Of a stretch of 64,000 nucleotides of DNA, positions 46,232-55,752 are shown piece by piece (within the stretch, counting starts at the first letter, position 1; each line of letters starts with the position of its first letter). This stretch comes from Alphaproteobacteria bacterium (GTDB taxonomy: Bacteria; Pseudomonadota; Alphaproteobacteria; RF32; CAG-239), in the NCBI GenBank assembly GCA_045577985.1, contig JAZNJJ010000026.1, positions 19,403-83,402 on the forward strand, in the 5' to 3' direction. Below the pieces are notes generated by a model. The model ran no database searches, had not been told where the DNA came from, and was given only the letters and a program-made list of their open reading frames with translations. The translations under genes were made by a program, and so were the position numbers.

Positions 46232-46792
46232 TTATTTCCCCATTTCATATAGCTTATTGTATATTTCATCGGGCATTAGCATTTGAATACTTTCTATGGT
46301 GAAATTCATTTCATGCAACAAACGTTCTATCTTTTGAAAACTAGGATTTGTTATTATTTTAACTGAATAATTTTCAGAAAGCATTTGCTCCCAATTTTGA
46401 GCTTCACAAAGACATATTTCACCGGCTCCCAAACATGGAAGTCCTATTTTTTCAATAACAGGAAGATGCGTAACAAAATGATAATGTCTGATGTTATTAT
46501 CTGTATTTAATAATACTTGATTGATAAATTTTTGAATAACAAACTTTGGACTATTTTCGGTCAAATTATCTGTTTCTATTTTATGATTACAACCAATTCC
46601 TAACGCACGAAACTTTGCAGTTTCAACGGCTCTTGCTATTGGAGAATAGTATATTGTTTCACATAAAGGATAGTTATTTTTTAAATATACTCCGAGTAAA
46701 TAAGCTTCGAGCATACTTGTACGATCTATAGCAGTATCATTACCATAACGCCCATGTCGCCCGAAGCTTAAATAAACACTATTTTGTGGCAC
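46232..46792 (-). CDS. histidine phosphatase family protein (SixA-like)
   Basis: RHG motif near the N-terminus (FGRHGRYG) and VTHLPVI, which resembles the SixA SHLPLV motif. Confidence 0.45.
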   Translation of the reverse strand: MPQNSVYLSFGRHGRYGNDTAIDRTSMLEAYLLGVYLKNNYPLCETIYYSPIARAVETAKFRALGIGCNHKIETDNLTENSPKFVIQKFINQVLLNTDNNIRHYHFVTHLPVIEKIGLPCLGAGEICLCEAQNWEQMLSENYSVKIITNPSFQKIERLLHEMNFTIESIQMLMPDEIYNKLYEMGK

Positions 46793-47753
46793 TTATTTCA
46801 CCTTTATTTTTCTTCAATAGTGAAAGTAGAATACCGCCTAATAACAACCCTATTGTTACGGTTAAAGACTGCCACTCTTCCACTTTATAGCCAAACATTG
46901 GTAGGAATATTTTAAAGCCAATGAATATCAAAATTATTGATATTGCGGGTTTTAAATATACAAATTTGCTTATTATGGCTGCCAATAAGAAATATAATGC
47001 ACGCATTCCTAAAATGGCAAAAATATTACTTGTATACACGATATAAACATCTGTTGTTACTAAAAATATAGCAGGAATACTGTCTAAAGCAAAAATAACA
47101 TCCATTGTTTCAATGATTAAAAGAGCAAAGAATAAAGGAGTTATATATTGTATTCCATTTTTCTTAACAAAGAAATGTTCTCCGTGAATTTCATGCGTAA
47201 CATGAAAGCGTTTAGATACAAATTTATAAATCTTGCTATCTTGGATTTTACCCTCTTCATCGTGCTTCATTAAAAGCATTTTCATACCAGTAAAAATCAA
47301 AAATACTGCAAATAAATATAGTATCCAGTGGAATTTCAAAATAAGGACATCACCTACTCCAATTAAAATTCCTCGCATAACTAAAGCACCTAAAATACCC
47401 CAAAATAAAACTCTATGTTGATACATTTTAGGAACACCTAAAGCGGTAAATACCATTGACATAACGAATATGTTATCCATGGATAAACTTTTTTCTAAAA
47501 GATATCCGGTAAAGTAAGACATTCCCTTTTCCGGACCATCTTCATACATAACGAAAACACCGAATATTAAAGCTGCAACAATATAGGCAACACAAATCCA
47601 TAATGTGTGCCAAAAATGAGGTTCTTCATTTTTTCGGTTAAACCAAAACAAGTCTGCGGCTAACAAAAGCACGACAACAATACCAAAAATTGTCCATAGC
47701 CAAAATGGAGACAAGGTTTCATGATTTGAAAGAAGGTTTATTAAGCTTTCCAT
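46779..47753 (-). CDS. TerC family integral membrane protein
   Basis: EKSLSMDNIFV and FALDSIPAIFLVT.DVYIVYTSNIFAILGMRALYFLL, the TerC signature regions. Confidence 0.8.
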   Translation of the reverse strand: MESLINLLSNHETLSPFWLWTIFGIVVVLLLAADLFWFNRKNEEPHFWHTLWICVAYIVAALIFGVFVMYEDGPEKGMSYFTGYLLEKSLSMDNIFVMSMVFTALGVPKMYQHRVLFWGILGALVMRGILIGVGDVLILKFHWILYLFAVFLIFTGMKMLLMKHDEEGKIQDSKIYKFVSKRFHVTHEIHGEHFFVKKNGIQYITPLFFALLIIETMDVIFALDSIPAIFLVTTDVYIVYTSNIFAILGMRALYFLLAAIISKFVYLKPAISIILIFIGFKIFLPMFGYKVEEWQSLTVTIGLLLGGILLSLLKKNKGEISATK

Positions 47754-48727
47754 TATTTATCCTCTAAATTCCAGGTTGTTCGTATAATCTCATCTATATC
47801 TGTATATTTAGGTTCCCATCCTAAAAGTTCTTTTGCTAAATCGTTTGTAGCAATAACTATTGACGGATCCCCTGCTCTACGAGGTGCAAAATCATAGTTT
47901 ACTTTACGTCCAGTTACACGTTCAGTGGATTTAATTATTTCTAAAACTGATGTACCTTTATTTGTTCCTAGATTGATAATATGAGATTTTGGTTCTTGCC
48001 AGAGTTTTTTTATTGCGGCAACGTGAGCTCTTCCTAAATCTTCAACATGAATATAATCACGAATACAAGTGCCATCCGGTGTATCATAATCATTACCAAA
48101 AACATGAACTATTTCTCTTTTACCCGTTATAACTTCCATAATTACAGGAACTAAATTTTGTGGATTTATTTCTTTTCCACGAATACTTCCATCTGATGCA
48201 TAACCAACTGCATTAAAATAACGTAATGCGATAAAATTGAAATCTTTTAACTTGCTATACCATTCCATAACGCGTTCAATTTCAACTTTACTAAAACCAT
48301 AAAAGCTCATCGGATTTATCGGATGCTTTTCATCTAATGGCATATATTGAGGCATTCCATATGATGCAGATGTTGAGGAAAATACAATATTCTTAACTCC
48401 ATTATTGACCATTGCATTAAAGATGTTTATAGAACCACAAATATTATTTATAGCATACATTTGAGGTTTTTCCATCGACTCTCCTACAGCTTTTTTTGCA
48501 GCTAGATGCACAACAGCATCAAAACCTTCAGACATAGTCTTTTCTAATTTTTCAACATCTAAAATATCGCCTTCAATAAACTTTGCTTCTTGAAATAGAT
48601 TGCAACGTTGTCCTGTTGAAAGGTTATCATAAACCGTTACGTTAAAATTTTCCTCCAATAATGATTTTACGACATGGCTACCTATATATCCAGCACCACC
48701 TATAACCAATATTTTTTTATCTGACAT
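47753..48727 (-). CDS. galE: UDP-glucose 4-epimerase
   Basis: ILVIGGAGYIGSH Rossmann motif, YG.SK catalytic motif (FYGFSKVE) and a DGTCIRDYIHV.DL region. Start trimmed to MSDKK (AAGGAG upstream). Confidence 0.85.
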   Translation of the reverse strand: MSDKKILVIGGAGYIGSHVVKSLLEENFNVTVYDNLSTGQRCNLFQEAKFIEGDILDVEKLEKTMSEGFDAVVHLAAKKAVGESMEKPQMYAINNICGSINIFNAMVNNGVKNIVFSSTSASYGMPQYMPLDEKHPINPMSFYGFSKVEIERVMEWYSKLKDFNFIALRYFNAVGYASDGSIRGKEINPQNLVPVIMEVITGKREIVHVFGNDYDTPDGTCIRDYIHVEDLGRAHVAAIKKLWQEPKSHIINLGTNKGTSVLEIIKSTERVTGRKVNYDFAPRRAGDPSIVIATNDLAKELLGWEPKYTDIDEIIRTTWNLEDK

Positions 48728-48795
48728 GATAATCTCCTTTGTTTTGTTGAATGTAGGATATAGCTTTTTTGCATATTTTTGTTTTTTTATACCCA

Positions 48796-48804
48796 TTATC
48801 CACA
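48796..48804. promoter_or_regulatory. perfect consensus DnaA box TTATCCACA in the galE-dnaB divergent intergenic region
   Basis: Exact 9-mer read in the sequence, about 80 nt upstream of the dnaB ATG. Confidence 0.4.
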
Positions 48805-48883
48805 AGATAAATTTTTTTTGCGTTCCTTTTTTTTGTTTTATAACGTAGAGAAAATTAAAAAAGTATATATAAGGATCAATGTA

Positions 48884-50356
48884 ATGGAAAAATTAGATGC
48901 AGCAAAACTCCCTAAAAATATTGAAGCAGAACAGGCTCTTATTGGCGCTATATTAGCTAATAACAAAGCATATGAAAAAGTTTCTGAGTTTTTAAAAGCA
49001 AACCATTTTGCTGATGCAACGCATCAAAAAGTTTTTGACGTCATGACTAAACTTATAGGAAAAGGTCATGTCGCGGATGTTATTACTCTTAAGAATTTTT
49101 TTGAACAAGAAGGTACATTGAATGAAGTTGGGGGATTTCCTTATTTAGTAAAATTAGCTGATAGTGCATCTCCATTAACAAATGTCGAATATTATGCTCA
49201 ATTTATATATGATAAATATTTACGAAGAGAGTTAATACATACCGGCTATGAGATTGTAAATAATGCTTTAGAAGAAAACATCGAATCTACAGCAACTGAC
49301 CAAATTGAACAAGCTGAAAAGGCATTATATGTAATATCTGATCAAGGTGATGCTCAAGGCGGTTTTGTAGATTTTTCTACAGCTTTGGGGGCGTCATTAG
49401 CAACAATTGAAAAAGCTTACCAAAAAGAAGGAAAGATATCTGGTACTTCTACTGGACTATCAAAACTTGATTATAAAATAGGTGGATTAAACGAATCCAA
49501 TTTAATTATTTTAGCCGGTCGTCCGGCTATGGGAAAAACCGCATTAGCAACTAATATTGCATATAATGTTGCTGAGTTATTTTCCAGAGATAAAGATATT
49601 CCGCCAGAGAATCGTGGCGTAGCTTTCTTTTCTCTTGAAATGTCTGCCGATGAATTAGCATCTCGTATATTATCTACCGTAACTCAAACTTCCAGCCAAA
49701 AAATGCGTAACGGCGCATTAGATGCAGCTGAATTTACGAGAATTGCCGCTGCTGTACGAGAACTGGAAAGCATTCCTATGTATATAGATGATACACCGGG
49801 AATCAGTATTAATGCGATAAGAACCAGAGCAAGAAGATTAAAAAGAAGCAAGGGATTAGGATTGGTTGTTATTGATTATATTCAATTGATTTCTGGTACA
49901 GGAAGCAAAAAAAGTGATGGAAACCGTGTGCAAGAAGTTGCTGAAATTTCAAGAGGTTTGAAAATTCTAGCTAAGGAACTAAAAATCCCGGTAATAGCTC
50001 TTTCTCAATTAAATCGTGGCGTTGAAGGACGTGAAGATAAAAGACCAGTGATGTCCGACTTAAGAGAATCCGGATCTATTGAGCAAGATGCAGATATTGT
50101 AATGTTCGTATATAGAGAAAATTATTATATTCATAATGCAGAACCTAAAATGCAAGAGGGCGATACTCCAGATAAATTCCAGAAAAAACATGATGAATGG
50201 GTTATAAGAGACAGAGAAACTGCAAATGTTGCAGAAGTGATTATAGGTAAGAATCGTCACGGTTCAACTGGTCCTGTTAAACTATTCTGGAATGGAGAAT
50301 TTACTCAATTTGGCAATTTAGCTGAAGAAGATAAAATGGCAGAACAAAGAGGTTAA
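48884..50356 (+). CDS. dnaB: replicative DNA helicase DnaB
   Basis: LP.NIEAEQALIGAIL N-terminus, Walker A GRPAMGKTA, Walker B VVIDYIQL, and LSQLNR / RESGSIEQDAD motifs. Start trimmed to MEKLD. Confidence 0.93.
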   Translation: MEKLDAAKLPKNIEAEQALIGAILANNKAYEKVSEFLKANHFADATHQKVFDVMTKLIGKGHVADVITLKNFFEQEGTLNEVGGFPYLVKLADSASPLTNVEYYAQFIYDKYLRRELIHTGYEIVNNALEENIESTATDQIEQAEKALYVISDQGDAQGGFVDFSTALGASLATIEKAYQKEGKISGTSTGLSKLDYKIGGLNESNLIILAGRPAMGKTALATNIAYNVAELFSRDKDIPPENRGVAFFSLEMSADELASRILSTVTQTSSQKMRNGALDAAEFTRIAAAVRELESIPMYIDDTPGISINAIRTRARRLKRSKGLGLVVIDYIQLISGTGSKKSDGNRVQEVAEISRGLKILAKELKIPVIALSQLNRGVEGREDKRPVMSDLRESGSIEQDADIVMFVYRENYYIHNAEPKMQEGDTPDKFQKKHDEWVIRDRETANVAEVIIGKNRHGSTGPVKLFWNGEFTQFGNLAEEDKMAEQRG

Positions 50357-50358
50357 AA

Positions 50359-50739
50359 ATGAAACCATGGGATAATATTGATGAAGAAGAATGGGAAGCT
50401 ATTTGTGATAGATGTGGCAAATGTTGTTTAATTAAATTGCAAGATGAAGAAACTGATGAAGTTTATTATACAAATGTAATTTGTAAATATTATGACACAG
50501 AACACGCTTCTTGTACTATATATAGTAAAAGATGTGAAACAGTTGAGGGGTGTCTAAAATTAACAAAAGAAAATGTTGATAAATTAGATTGGATGCCTAG
50601 AACTTGTGCTTATAGAAAACTTTTTGAAAAAAATTTTAAGCAGGAACCAGTAAAAACTGTCAGAGATAGAGTTATATCTGAAGAAATGATAAATATTGAG
50701 GATTTAGAAAACCATATTGTTGATTGGGATGATTTATGA
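50359..50739 (+). CDS. YcgN/UPF0260-like Cys-cluster protein, short paralog
   Basis: EWEAICDRCGKCCL.KL.DEETDEVYYTNV.C......C.IY..R......C..LT.ENV..L.WMP.TCAYR. Lacks the LP.WHPL motif. Confidence 0.65.
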   Translation: MKPWDNIDEEEWEAICDRCGKCCLIKLQDEETDEVYYTNVICKYYDTEHASCTIYSKRCETVEGCLKLTKENVDKLDWMPRTCAYRKLFEKNFKQEPVKTVRDRVISEEMINIEDLENHIVDWDDL

Positions 50740-51245
50740 GTTCAGAAAATGAAGACATTTTAATTGATGAGTACAATCCTCAAAATCGTGTTGATGAATT
50801 TAAGCATCTTGAACCCGAATTCTGGAAGCATAAAAAACTTGAAGAAATGAATCATTTTGAATGGGAAGCTCTATGTGATGGTTGTGGAAAATGCTGTCTT
50901 AATAAAATAGAAATAAAAGGTAAGATAAAATTTACCAATGCTCATTGTCGATTTTTAGATTGTAAAAGCTGTTTATGTAAAATATATAAACAACGCTTCA
51001 GTGTTGTTCCTGATTGTAGAGATATTGACTTGGAAGCAATTAGAGAAAAACCTCGTTGGCTACCGAAAACTTGTGCATATTGGTTATTGGATAATGGTTA
51101 TGATTTACCTGATTGGCATCCATTAATAACAGGAAAGGCTAATAGCGTGGAAAAGGCGGGAATGTCCCTAAGCAATAGAGATTTGATTAGTGAAACAAAG
51201 GTTAAAAACTATGAAGATTACATTGTTGACTGGCAAGATCTTTGA
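50736..51245 (+). CDS. YcgN/UPF0260-like Cys-cluster protein, full-length paralog
   Basis: FWK.KKLEEM...EWEALCDGCGKCCLNK...WLPKTCAYWLL.NGYDLPDWHPLITG...IVDWQD. ATGA overlap with the preceding paralog. Confidence 0.7.
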   Translation: MSSENEDILIDEYNPQNRVDEFKHLEPEFWKHKKLEEMNHFEWEALCDGCGKCCLNKIEIKGKIKFTNAHCRFLDCKSCLCKIYKQRFSVVPDCRDIDLEAIREKPRWLPKTCAYWLLDNGYDLPDWHPLITGKANSVEKAGMSLSNRDLISETKVKNYEDYIVDWQDL

Positions 51246-51921
51246 TATTAAAGAAGCTATTGGAATCGATATAAAAATAGTTCAATCTAAAACATCAAGC
51301 AAATTAATTTTAAAGATTGATGCTAAAGAAAGAATCCCCGTACTCTCAATACCAAAATATTGCACAAGAAAGAGAGCAATAAATTTTATAAATGAAAACA
51401 TGGATTGGATTATAGAGAGTTTAAAAAAACTCCCAAAAATTAAATATTTTGAAGACAAAGAAAAAATTTCTTTATTCGGAAAATTATATACAATCATACA
51501 CAAAAAAGAGGCAAAATGTGGAGTTATGGAAGAAAAGGATTGTTTGATTGTATCCGGAGGAAAAGAATTTTTGCATCGACGTGTAAAGGATTATATTAAA
51601 AGAAAAGCCGAAACCGAATTTTTCAATATATCTAGCGATTTAGCTAATCGAATCGGATGTAAAATAAATAGTGTTTGTATAAAAGATACTAAGTCCAGAT
51701 GGGGCAGTTGCTCAACATTAAACAACATAAATTATAGTTGGAGAATCGCCTTAGCTCCTGACTTTGTCATTAAATATTTAATTGCTCATGAAGTCGCTCA
51801 TTTAAAACATCCTGATCATTCTGTAGATTTTTGGAACTGTGTTGAATTTTTATATAATGATTGGAAAAAAGGTCATAAATGGCTTCAAGATAATGGAAAA
51901 AATTTATACGTTTATAAATGA
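51211..51921 (+). CDS. YgjP-like (DUF45/M48-type) metal-dependent hydrolase
   Basis: RWGSCS and HEVAHLKHPDHSVDFW motifs. ORF 51190..51921 trimmed to MKITL. Confidence 0.7.
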   Translation: MKITLLTGKIFDIKEAIGIDIKIVQSKTSSKLILKIDAKERIPVLSIPKYCTRKRAINFINENMDWIIESLKKLPKIKYFEDKEKISLFGKLYTIIHKKEAKCGVMEEKDCLIVSGGKEFLHRRVKDYIKRKAETEFFNISSDLANRIGCKINSVCIKDTKSRWGSCSTLNNINYSWRIALAPDFVIKYLIAHEVAHLKHPDHSVDFWNCVEFLYNDWKKGHKWLQDNGKNLYVYK

Positions 51922-52024
51922 TTGATCACGATTAAACTTGACTTAAAGTTTTAGAACTTTTATCGTGTTGGTACGATGCGAATGATCGTATTCGTGTAAT
52001 GTAAATTGTAAAGGAATATAGCTC

Positions 52025-52636
52025 ATGAAAAAATTGTTATTATTAGCAGGTGTTGCTTGCTTATTTACAGCTAACGCTCAAGCTGAAGTTAGCCAATATG
52101 TATCTGGTAAAGTTTCTTATGATTTTAATAAAGTTGATGTAAAGAACAATAATGGTTCTGCTATTGAAGAAATTAAAATGGATAAAGAATTATTCGGCAC
52201 TCATTTAGCTTATGGTGTTAAAGCAGGATATGTTCGTGGTGAATTAGAATTAAACAACTCTCGTGACGTTAAAAGAAATCATGTTACAGATACTCAATGG
52301 ACAGGTGAATATGATCATTTCAGACTTTATAAACATTCTGTAATGGCTAATGCTTATTTTGACTTCTTAACTTGTACTCCATGGACACCATATGTTGGAG
52401 CAGGTTTGGGTGTATCTTATTTGAAAGCTGACTCTGGTGAAGAAGCTAAATCTGTTTACAATTTAGCATGGCAAGTTATGGCTGGTATTACATATAGCGT
52501 TAATCTTGATTGGGATTTAGATTTAGGTTATCGTTATGCTGATTTAGGTCGTATCAGAAAGAATTATGGAAATGGCGTAACTAAGGTTACTGCTCGTGAA
52601 CATGAAGTTTTGTTCGGTGTTAGATATAATTTCTAA
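52025..52636 (+). CDS. small outer-membrane beta-barrel protein (Omp25/Omp31/OmpA-like TM family)
   Basis: Signal peptide ...ANAQA, eight amphipathic strands by eye, PYVGAGLGVSY motif, C-terminal GVRYNF. Confidence 0.7.
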   Translation: MKKLLLLAGVACLFTANAQAEVSQYVSGKVSYDFNKVDVKNNNGSAIEEIKMDKELFGTHLAYGVKAGYVRGELELNNSRDVKRNHVTDTQWTGEYDHFRLYKHSVMANAYFDFLTCTPWTPYVGAGLGVSYLKADSGEEAKSVYNLAWQVMAGITYSVNLDWDLDLGYRYADLGRIRKNYGNGVTKVTAREHEVLFGVRYNF

Positions 52637-52655
52637 CTATTGAAAACTTTATTTT

Positions 52656-52684
52656 AGGCGATACACATTGTATCGCCTTTTTTG
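52656..52684 (+). terminator. rho-independent terminator
   Basis: AGGCGATACacattGTATCGCCT followed by a T-run. Confidence 0.8.
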
Positions 52685-52785
52685 TTAATCACATTTGTTA
52701 CAAACAAGTAACTTTTTGTGTGTTGCAAGAAAAGAAAAAAAATTGTAGATTAACCGCAGTTAAAACATTTTGAGAGGATAATAAT

Positions 52786-53946
52786 ATGACAACAAAACCT
52801 TCTACACCAATTAATTTATTTGATTGCTCAACAGCTCAAAAGGTTATTGGTCAAGAAAAATTTTTAGACGCATTTAAGACTATCTTAAACCATGGTGCAT
52901 ATTGCCAAGGCCCTGAAACGAAAGAATTAGATGAAAAATTAGCCAATTTCTCCGGCGTTAAATATTGTTCAACATGTGGCTCCGGCACAGATGCTCTTAC
53001 TTTGGCTTTAATGGCATGGAATGTAAAAGAAGGTGATGCTGTGTTTGTTTCATCTTTCACTTTTGTTGCATCTGCTGAAGCTCCTGTTTTATTGGGGGCT
53101 ACTCCAATATTTGTTGATTCAGATCCTGATACATTTAATATGAATCCTGATGATTTGAGAAAAGCTATTGAAGAAGTTAAAAAAGAAGGAAAATTGAATC
53201 TAAAGGCTGTTATTGCTGTAGATATCTTTGGCTCTCCTTGTGATTATGATGAAATTATCAAAATTGCTCATGAAAACGGAATGAAGGTATTATCTGATTC
53301 ATGTCAATCATATGGTTCAGTTTATCATGGAAAAAATGCAGGCTCTATTGCAGATATGAGTGCTACATCTTTTTATCCAACAAAGCCTTTAGCTTGTTAT
53401 GGTGATGGAGGTGCTGTATTTACAAATTCAAATGAAGAAAATGAATTAGTAAAATCTTGTAGAGTTCATGGAATGAGTCCGGAAGATCATTATGATAATG
53501 TAAGATTAGGTATGACCGGACGCATGAATACTTTCCAAGCGGCTGTTATTTTACAGAAATTGACTGTTTTTGAAAAAGAACTTAAAGATAGATATACTAT
53601 TGCAAAACGCTATGATGAAGAACTTAATTCTTATTATGGAAAGCAAAAGATTCTAGATAATTGTCAATCTGCATATGCTTTATATACAATTCATTGTGAA
53701 GATAGAGATGAATTGATGAGTTTCTTAAAAGAAAATGGAATCCCTTGTGGAGCTTATTATCCTAGACCAGTAAATACTCAAACAGCTTACGCTAAATGGA
53801 ACACACGTTCATTGCCTGTTTGTGAAAGATTGTCTAAAACAGTTTGCAGTATTCCAATGCATCCATATTTGAGTGAAGAAGCTCAGTCTTATGTTATAAG
53901 CAAAATGAATGAGTTCGCAGAAAAAAAATCTCAGAAAGTAGCTTAA
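52786..53946 (+). CDS. DegT/DnrJ/EryC1/StrS family PLP-dependent sugar aminotransferase
   Basis: Family-typical layout, including GSGTDAL and the SFYPTKPL Lys motif. Confidence 0.8.
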   Translation: MTTKPSTPINLFDCSTAQKVIGQEKFLDAFKTILNHGAYCQGPETKELDEKLANFSGVKYCSTCGSGTDALTLALMAWNVKEGDAVFVSSFTFVASAEAPVLLGATPIFVDSDPDTFNMNPDDLRKAIEEVKKEGKLNLKAVIAVDIFGSPCDYDEIIKIAHENGMKVLSDSCQSYGSVYHGKNAGSIADMSATSFYPTKPLACYGDGGAVFTNSNEENELVKSCRVHGMSPEDHYDNVRLGMTGRMNTFQAAVILQKLTVFEKELKDRYTIAKRYDEELNSYYGKQKILDNCQSAYALYTIHCEDRDELMSFLKENGIPCGAYYPRPVNTQTAYAKWNTRSLPVCERLSKTVCSIPMHPYLSEEAQSYVISKMNEFAEKKSQKVA

Positions 53947-53960
53947 AATAAATATATTTC

Positions 53961-53995
53961 AAAAAAAACAACCGATTAAATCGGTTGTTTTTTTT
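53961..53995. terminator. bidirectional terminator
   Basis: ACAACCGATtaaATCGGTTGT flanked by A8 and T7. Confidence 0.75.
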
Positions 53996-54572
53996 ACATA
54001 TCATAGTTAGGAATTCTCTCAAATTTATTGTATAGTGCTTGATATGCGGAAGATATTTGTTTAAATTTTTCTTCGGCATTTTCATCATCTTTATTAACAT
54101 CCGGATGATATTTTTTTGCTAATTTCTTATACTGTTTTTTTAATGTTTCAGGATTTATATCTTTGATATCCATTTCTAATAATTTAATATATTTTCGCTC
54201 TTCTATGGTAAAATAAATGCCATCTCTAGAATATGTACCAGAAGAATCCGTGTCATTTGAATAACCGCCATCAAAATAGCTCGCCTCTTCCCATAAATCA
54301 TAACCAAATTGGTATCTTACCTTTGAGCGAAAGCCTCGTTTAAAACGCGTTCGTTTCTTTTCTTCTTCAGGTTCAGAATCCGTTTCTCCAGCATAATAAT
54401 TCCATTTTGAATTATACTCTTGAACATGCTTTAAACAGAACCAATAATATTCCTTAAGCTTTCTATCTTTAGGAGCTTTATATTCCCCTTTTTCATTACA
54501 ATTAGGATGATCACATTGGTGTGCAACATTTTCATTTTGTGGGGCATAATATTTTTTAGTTCTTTTAATCAT
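53994..54572 (-). CDS. J-domain protein with an N-terminal Cys/His-rich segment
   Basis: C-terminal J domain (LKKQYKKLAKKYHPDVN) and an N-terminal CDHPNCNEKGEY...FCLKHV segment. ORF 53994..54878 trimmed to MIKRTKK at 54572, because the extension overlaps mutM and is hydrophobic nonsense. Confidence 0.65.
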   Translation of the reverse strand: MIKRTKKYYAPQNENVAHQCDHPNCNEKGEYKAPKDRKLKEYYWFCLKHVQEYNSKWNYYAGETDSEPEEEKKRTRFKRGFRSKVRYQFGYDLWEEASYFDGGYSNDTDSSGTYSRDGIYFTIEERKYIKLLEMDIKDINPETLKKQYKKLAKKYHPDVNKDDENAEEKFKQISSAYQALYNKFERIPNYDM

Positions 54573-54681
54573 TATCCAATCCAAATTTGACACTTTTTCC
54601 AGTTTACTACTGTTTATAAATAATGGCAAGAGATTTGCAAAATATTTAAGCTGGTGTATACCTTTATTGAGGAGATTGATA

Positions 54682-55533
54682 ATGCCAGAATTACCAGAAG
54701 TTGAAACAATAAAGAATACAATACAGCCTATTTTATTAGGGGCAAAAATCAAAAATATTGAAATTTGCCAAAGAAAATTTCGTGAAATAATTCCCGATGA
54801 TTTTGAAGAAAAATTTATAGGAGCCGTTGTTATATCCATAAAAAGAATCGCAAAATACATGATTATCAATTTTGACAATCAGTTTTCAATAATTTGGCAT
54901 TTTGGAATGAGTGGAAAAATCAGAATAGAATCGAGTATAGATAATACAAAAAATAAGCATGATCATGTTGTCTTTGAAACAGATAAAGGTATTTTTGTAT
55001 ATAATGATGTTCGTCGTTTTGGTCTTATAACTTTATGCGAATCTGATAAGTTAAAAAGTCATCATTTATTAAAAAATATAGGAATGGATCCATGGGATGA
55101 AAAGTTAACGGAAGAATATTTATTACAAAAACTAAATGGTAAAAAGACACCAATAAAAATAGAACTTTTAAATCAAGAGATTATTTGTGGAATCGGCAAC
55201 ATATATGCCTCAGAAATTTTATATAAAGCCAGAATCCATCCTGAAAAAATATCTGCCAGCATTACAAAGAATGAAGCTCTTTTAATTATTAAATATACTA
55301 GAGAAATTTTAGAATCCGCAATAAGAGCCGGAGGTTCTACTATTCATGACTACAAAAAACCAGACGGAAATATTGGTTATTTTCAGCAGATGCATTGTGT
55401 TTATAATAAAACAGGTCAAAAATGTCCGGATTGTAAATGCAATATAGAAAAAACCGGAGGCATAAAAAAAATAGTTCAAGGAGGACGATCTTCTTTTTAT
55501 TGTGAGACATTGCAAAAAAAAGAATCTAAATAG
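54682..55533 (+). CDS. mutM: formamidopyrimidine-DNA glycosylase (Fpg/MutM)
   Basis: MPELPEVE N-terminus, H2TH region, and a C-terminal CPDC...GRSSFYCETLQ zinc-finger region (fourth Cys missing, see findings). Confidence 0.88.
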   Translation: MPELPEVETIKNTIQPILLGAKIKNIEICQRKFREIIPDDFEEKFIGAVVISIKRIAKYMIINFDNQFSIIWHFGMSGKIRIESSIDNTKNKHDHVVFETDKGIFVYNDVRRFGLITLCESDKLKSHHLLKNIGMDPWDEKLTEEYLLQKLNGKKTPIKIELLNQEIICGIGNIYASEILYKARIHPEKISASITKNEALLIIKYTREILESAIRAGGSTIHDYKKPDGNIGYFQQMHCVYNKTGQKCPDCKCNIEKTGGIKKIVQGGRSSFYCETLQKKESK

Positions 55534-55675
55534 AATCCGATAGAATCGATTTATGAAAATTATTAATTTTTATAAATTGATATCATTTTTCTTGTTATAA
55601 TTTATATAAAATACTCTTAATTGTTTAATTAAACCCAATAAAGCCTTAGAAAATAAAAAAAATAAAAAAATTTAG

Positions 55676-55705
55676 TTGACTTCTGATGGTTCTAGTGGTT
55701 ATAAG
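55676..55705 (+). promoter_or_regulatory. candidate sigma-70 promoter of rpsT (TTGACT-N18-TATAAG) with an A-rich UP-like tract
   Basis: Hexamers at 55676-55681 and 55700-55705, about 50 nt upstream of the rpsT ATG. Confidence 0.4.
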
Positions 55706-55752
55706 GTTACCAGTATAAAATTTTGGTTTAATAATTTAATAGGAAGAAAAAT

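Noticed and set aside
48728-48883. Extended starts of galE (48805) and dnaB (48779) from the ORF track, which would make the divergent genes overlap
   Set aside because: Both conserved N-termini (MSDKKILVIGGAGYIGSH and MEKLDAAKLPKNIEAEQALIG) begin at internal Met codons preceded by AAGGAG/AAGGA. The extensions are unconserved-looking.
54573-54878. N-terminal 102 codons of ORF 53994..54878
   Set aside because: The extension is hydrophobic low-complexity sequence that overlaps the mutM start on the other strand. The conserved J-domain protein begins plausibly at MIKRTKK (54572).
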